Made by a program: the position numbers and the translations under genes | Notes under the pieces: generated by a model | The model's database searches: none | The model's input: only the letters and a program-made list of their open reading frames with translations | What the model was told of the DNA's origin: nothing | Virus record (IMG/VR): IMGVR_UViG_3300043399_001190 | Direction: 5' to 3' (one strand) | Origin: a virus | Lineage: Duplodnaviria; Heunggongvirae; Uroviricota; Caudoviricetes | DNA: 64,000 nucleotides | Shown: piece by piece, positions 63,820 through 64,000 of the stretch | How positions within the stretch are numbered: position 1 is the stretch's first letter | Layout of the letters: every line of letters starts with the position of its first letter

Positions 63820-64000
63820 CTGAAGAACGTAAACATATTGGTTATATTGAACGCGAAGAGGGTTATTACAAACTGTATGCTCCTCCTAAAGATTCAATCG
63901 TGACACATGCATTTATTTTGTGTAAATATTGCAACGGTGCTATTGCCACCTGCATGGGACCAAAGTATGATGCAGTATGTTTTACTTGTTATGAGAAAGA
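63817..64000 (+). CDS. 5' part of a Cys-rich (CxxC..CxxC) protein, partial
   Basis: ATG overlapping upstream stop; runs off window end. Confidence 0.3.

Noticed and set aside
1-64000. CRISPR arrays / integrons / IS elements
   Set aside because: No regularly spaced direct repeats with unique spacers, no transposase or integrase ORFs. The only regularly repeated element is the promoter module in 42.8-45.4 kb, whose spacers are genes.

Overview
The window is a contiguous piece of a T4-like (Tevenvirinae-related, far-T4 or marine-type) lytic myovirus genome. It is AT-rich (roughly 36-38 % GC by eye) and gene-dense, with many ATGA / TAATG translational couplings.

Core replication and nucleotide-metabolism genes are recognisable by direct similarity to T4 proteins:
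- B-family DNA polymerase gp43 (4823-7354)
- UvsX recombinase (7366-8418)
- gp41 DnaB-like helicase (8691-10094)
- gp61 primase (27834-28856)
- ThyX (28841-29515)
- class I RNR NrdA / NrdB (29870-31660, 31902-32885) with a thioredoxin between them
- RNase H (35400-36248)

There is one tRNA-Met (CAU) at 271-346.

Between gp41 and gp61 lie:
- a sugar-nucleotide, glycosyltransferase and methyltransferase cluster (11150-17458)
- a block of genes whose products start with T4 capsid-targeting-sequence-like N-termini (MK-x-F-[LK]-[QE]...), plus K/E-rich repeat proteins (17495-24907). This block includes a KxDG nucleotidyltransferase and an HxGH-nucleotidyltransferase / P-loop fusion
- a lysis cassette: membrane protein, lipoprotein, GH19 endolysin and small TM proteins

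Downstream (38-42 kb) are a CobT-like vWA protein, a minimal nucleotidyltransferase and a DUF2493/SLOG protein.

The most unusual part is 42.3-45.4 kb. It is a GC-rich (>50 % GC by eye) minus-strand cassette of small genes, in which each gene is preceded by a copy of a conserved ~45-bp promoter element (TTGCCA-16-CATAAT plus a conserved TTGACCGG flank). The cassette is closed by a clean rho-independent terminator.

A further hyperplastic region (45.4-63.5 kb) carries many small plus-strand genes with sigma70-type TTGCCA / TTGACA promoters. It also holds a paralogous small-gene family, an SPFH lipoprotein, a PNK-type kinase, three AAA+/P-loop ATPases (one of them CobS/MoxR-like) and two GIY-YIG homing-endonuclease genes.

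All functional calls rest on motifs read by eye; no searches were run. Hand-derived coordinates may be off by 1-2 nt.
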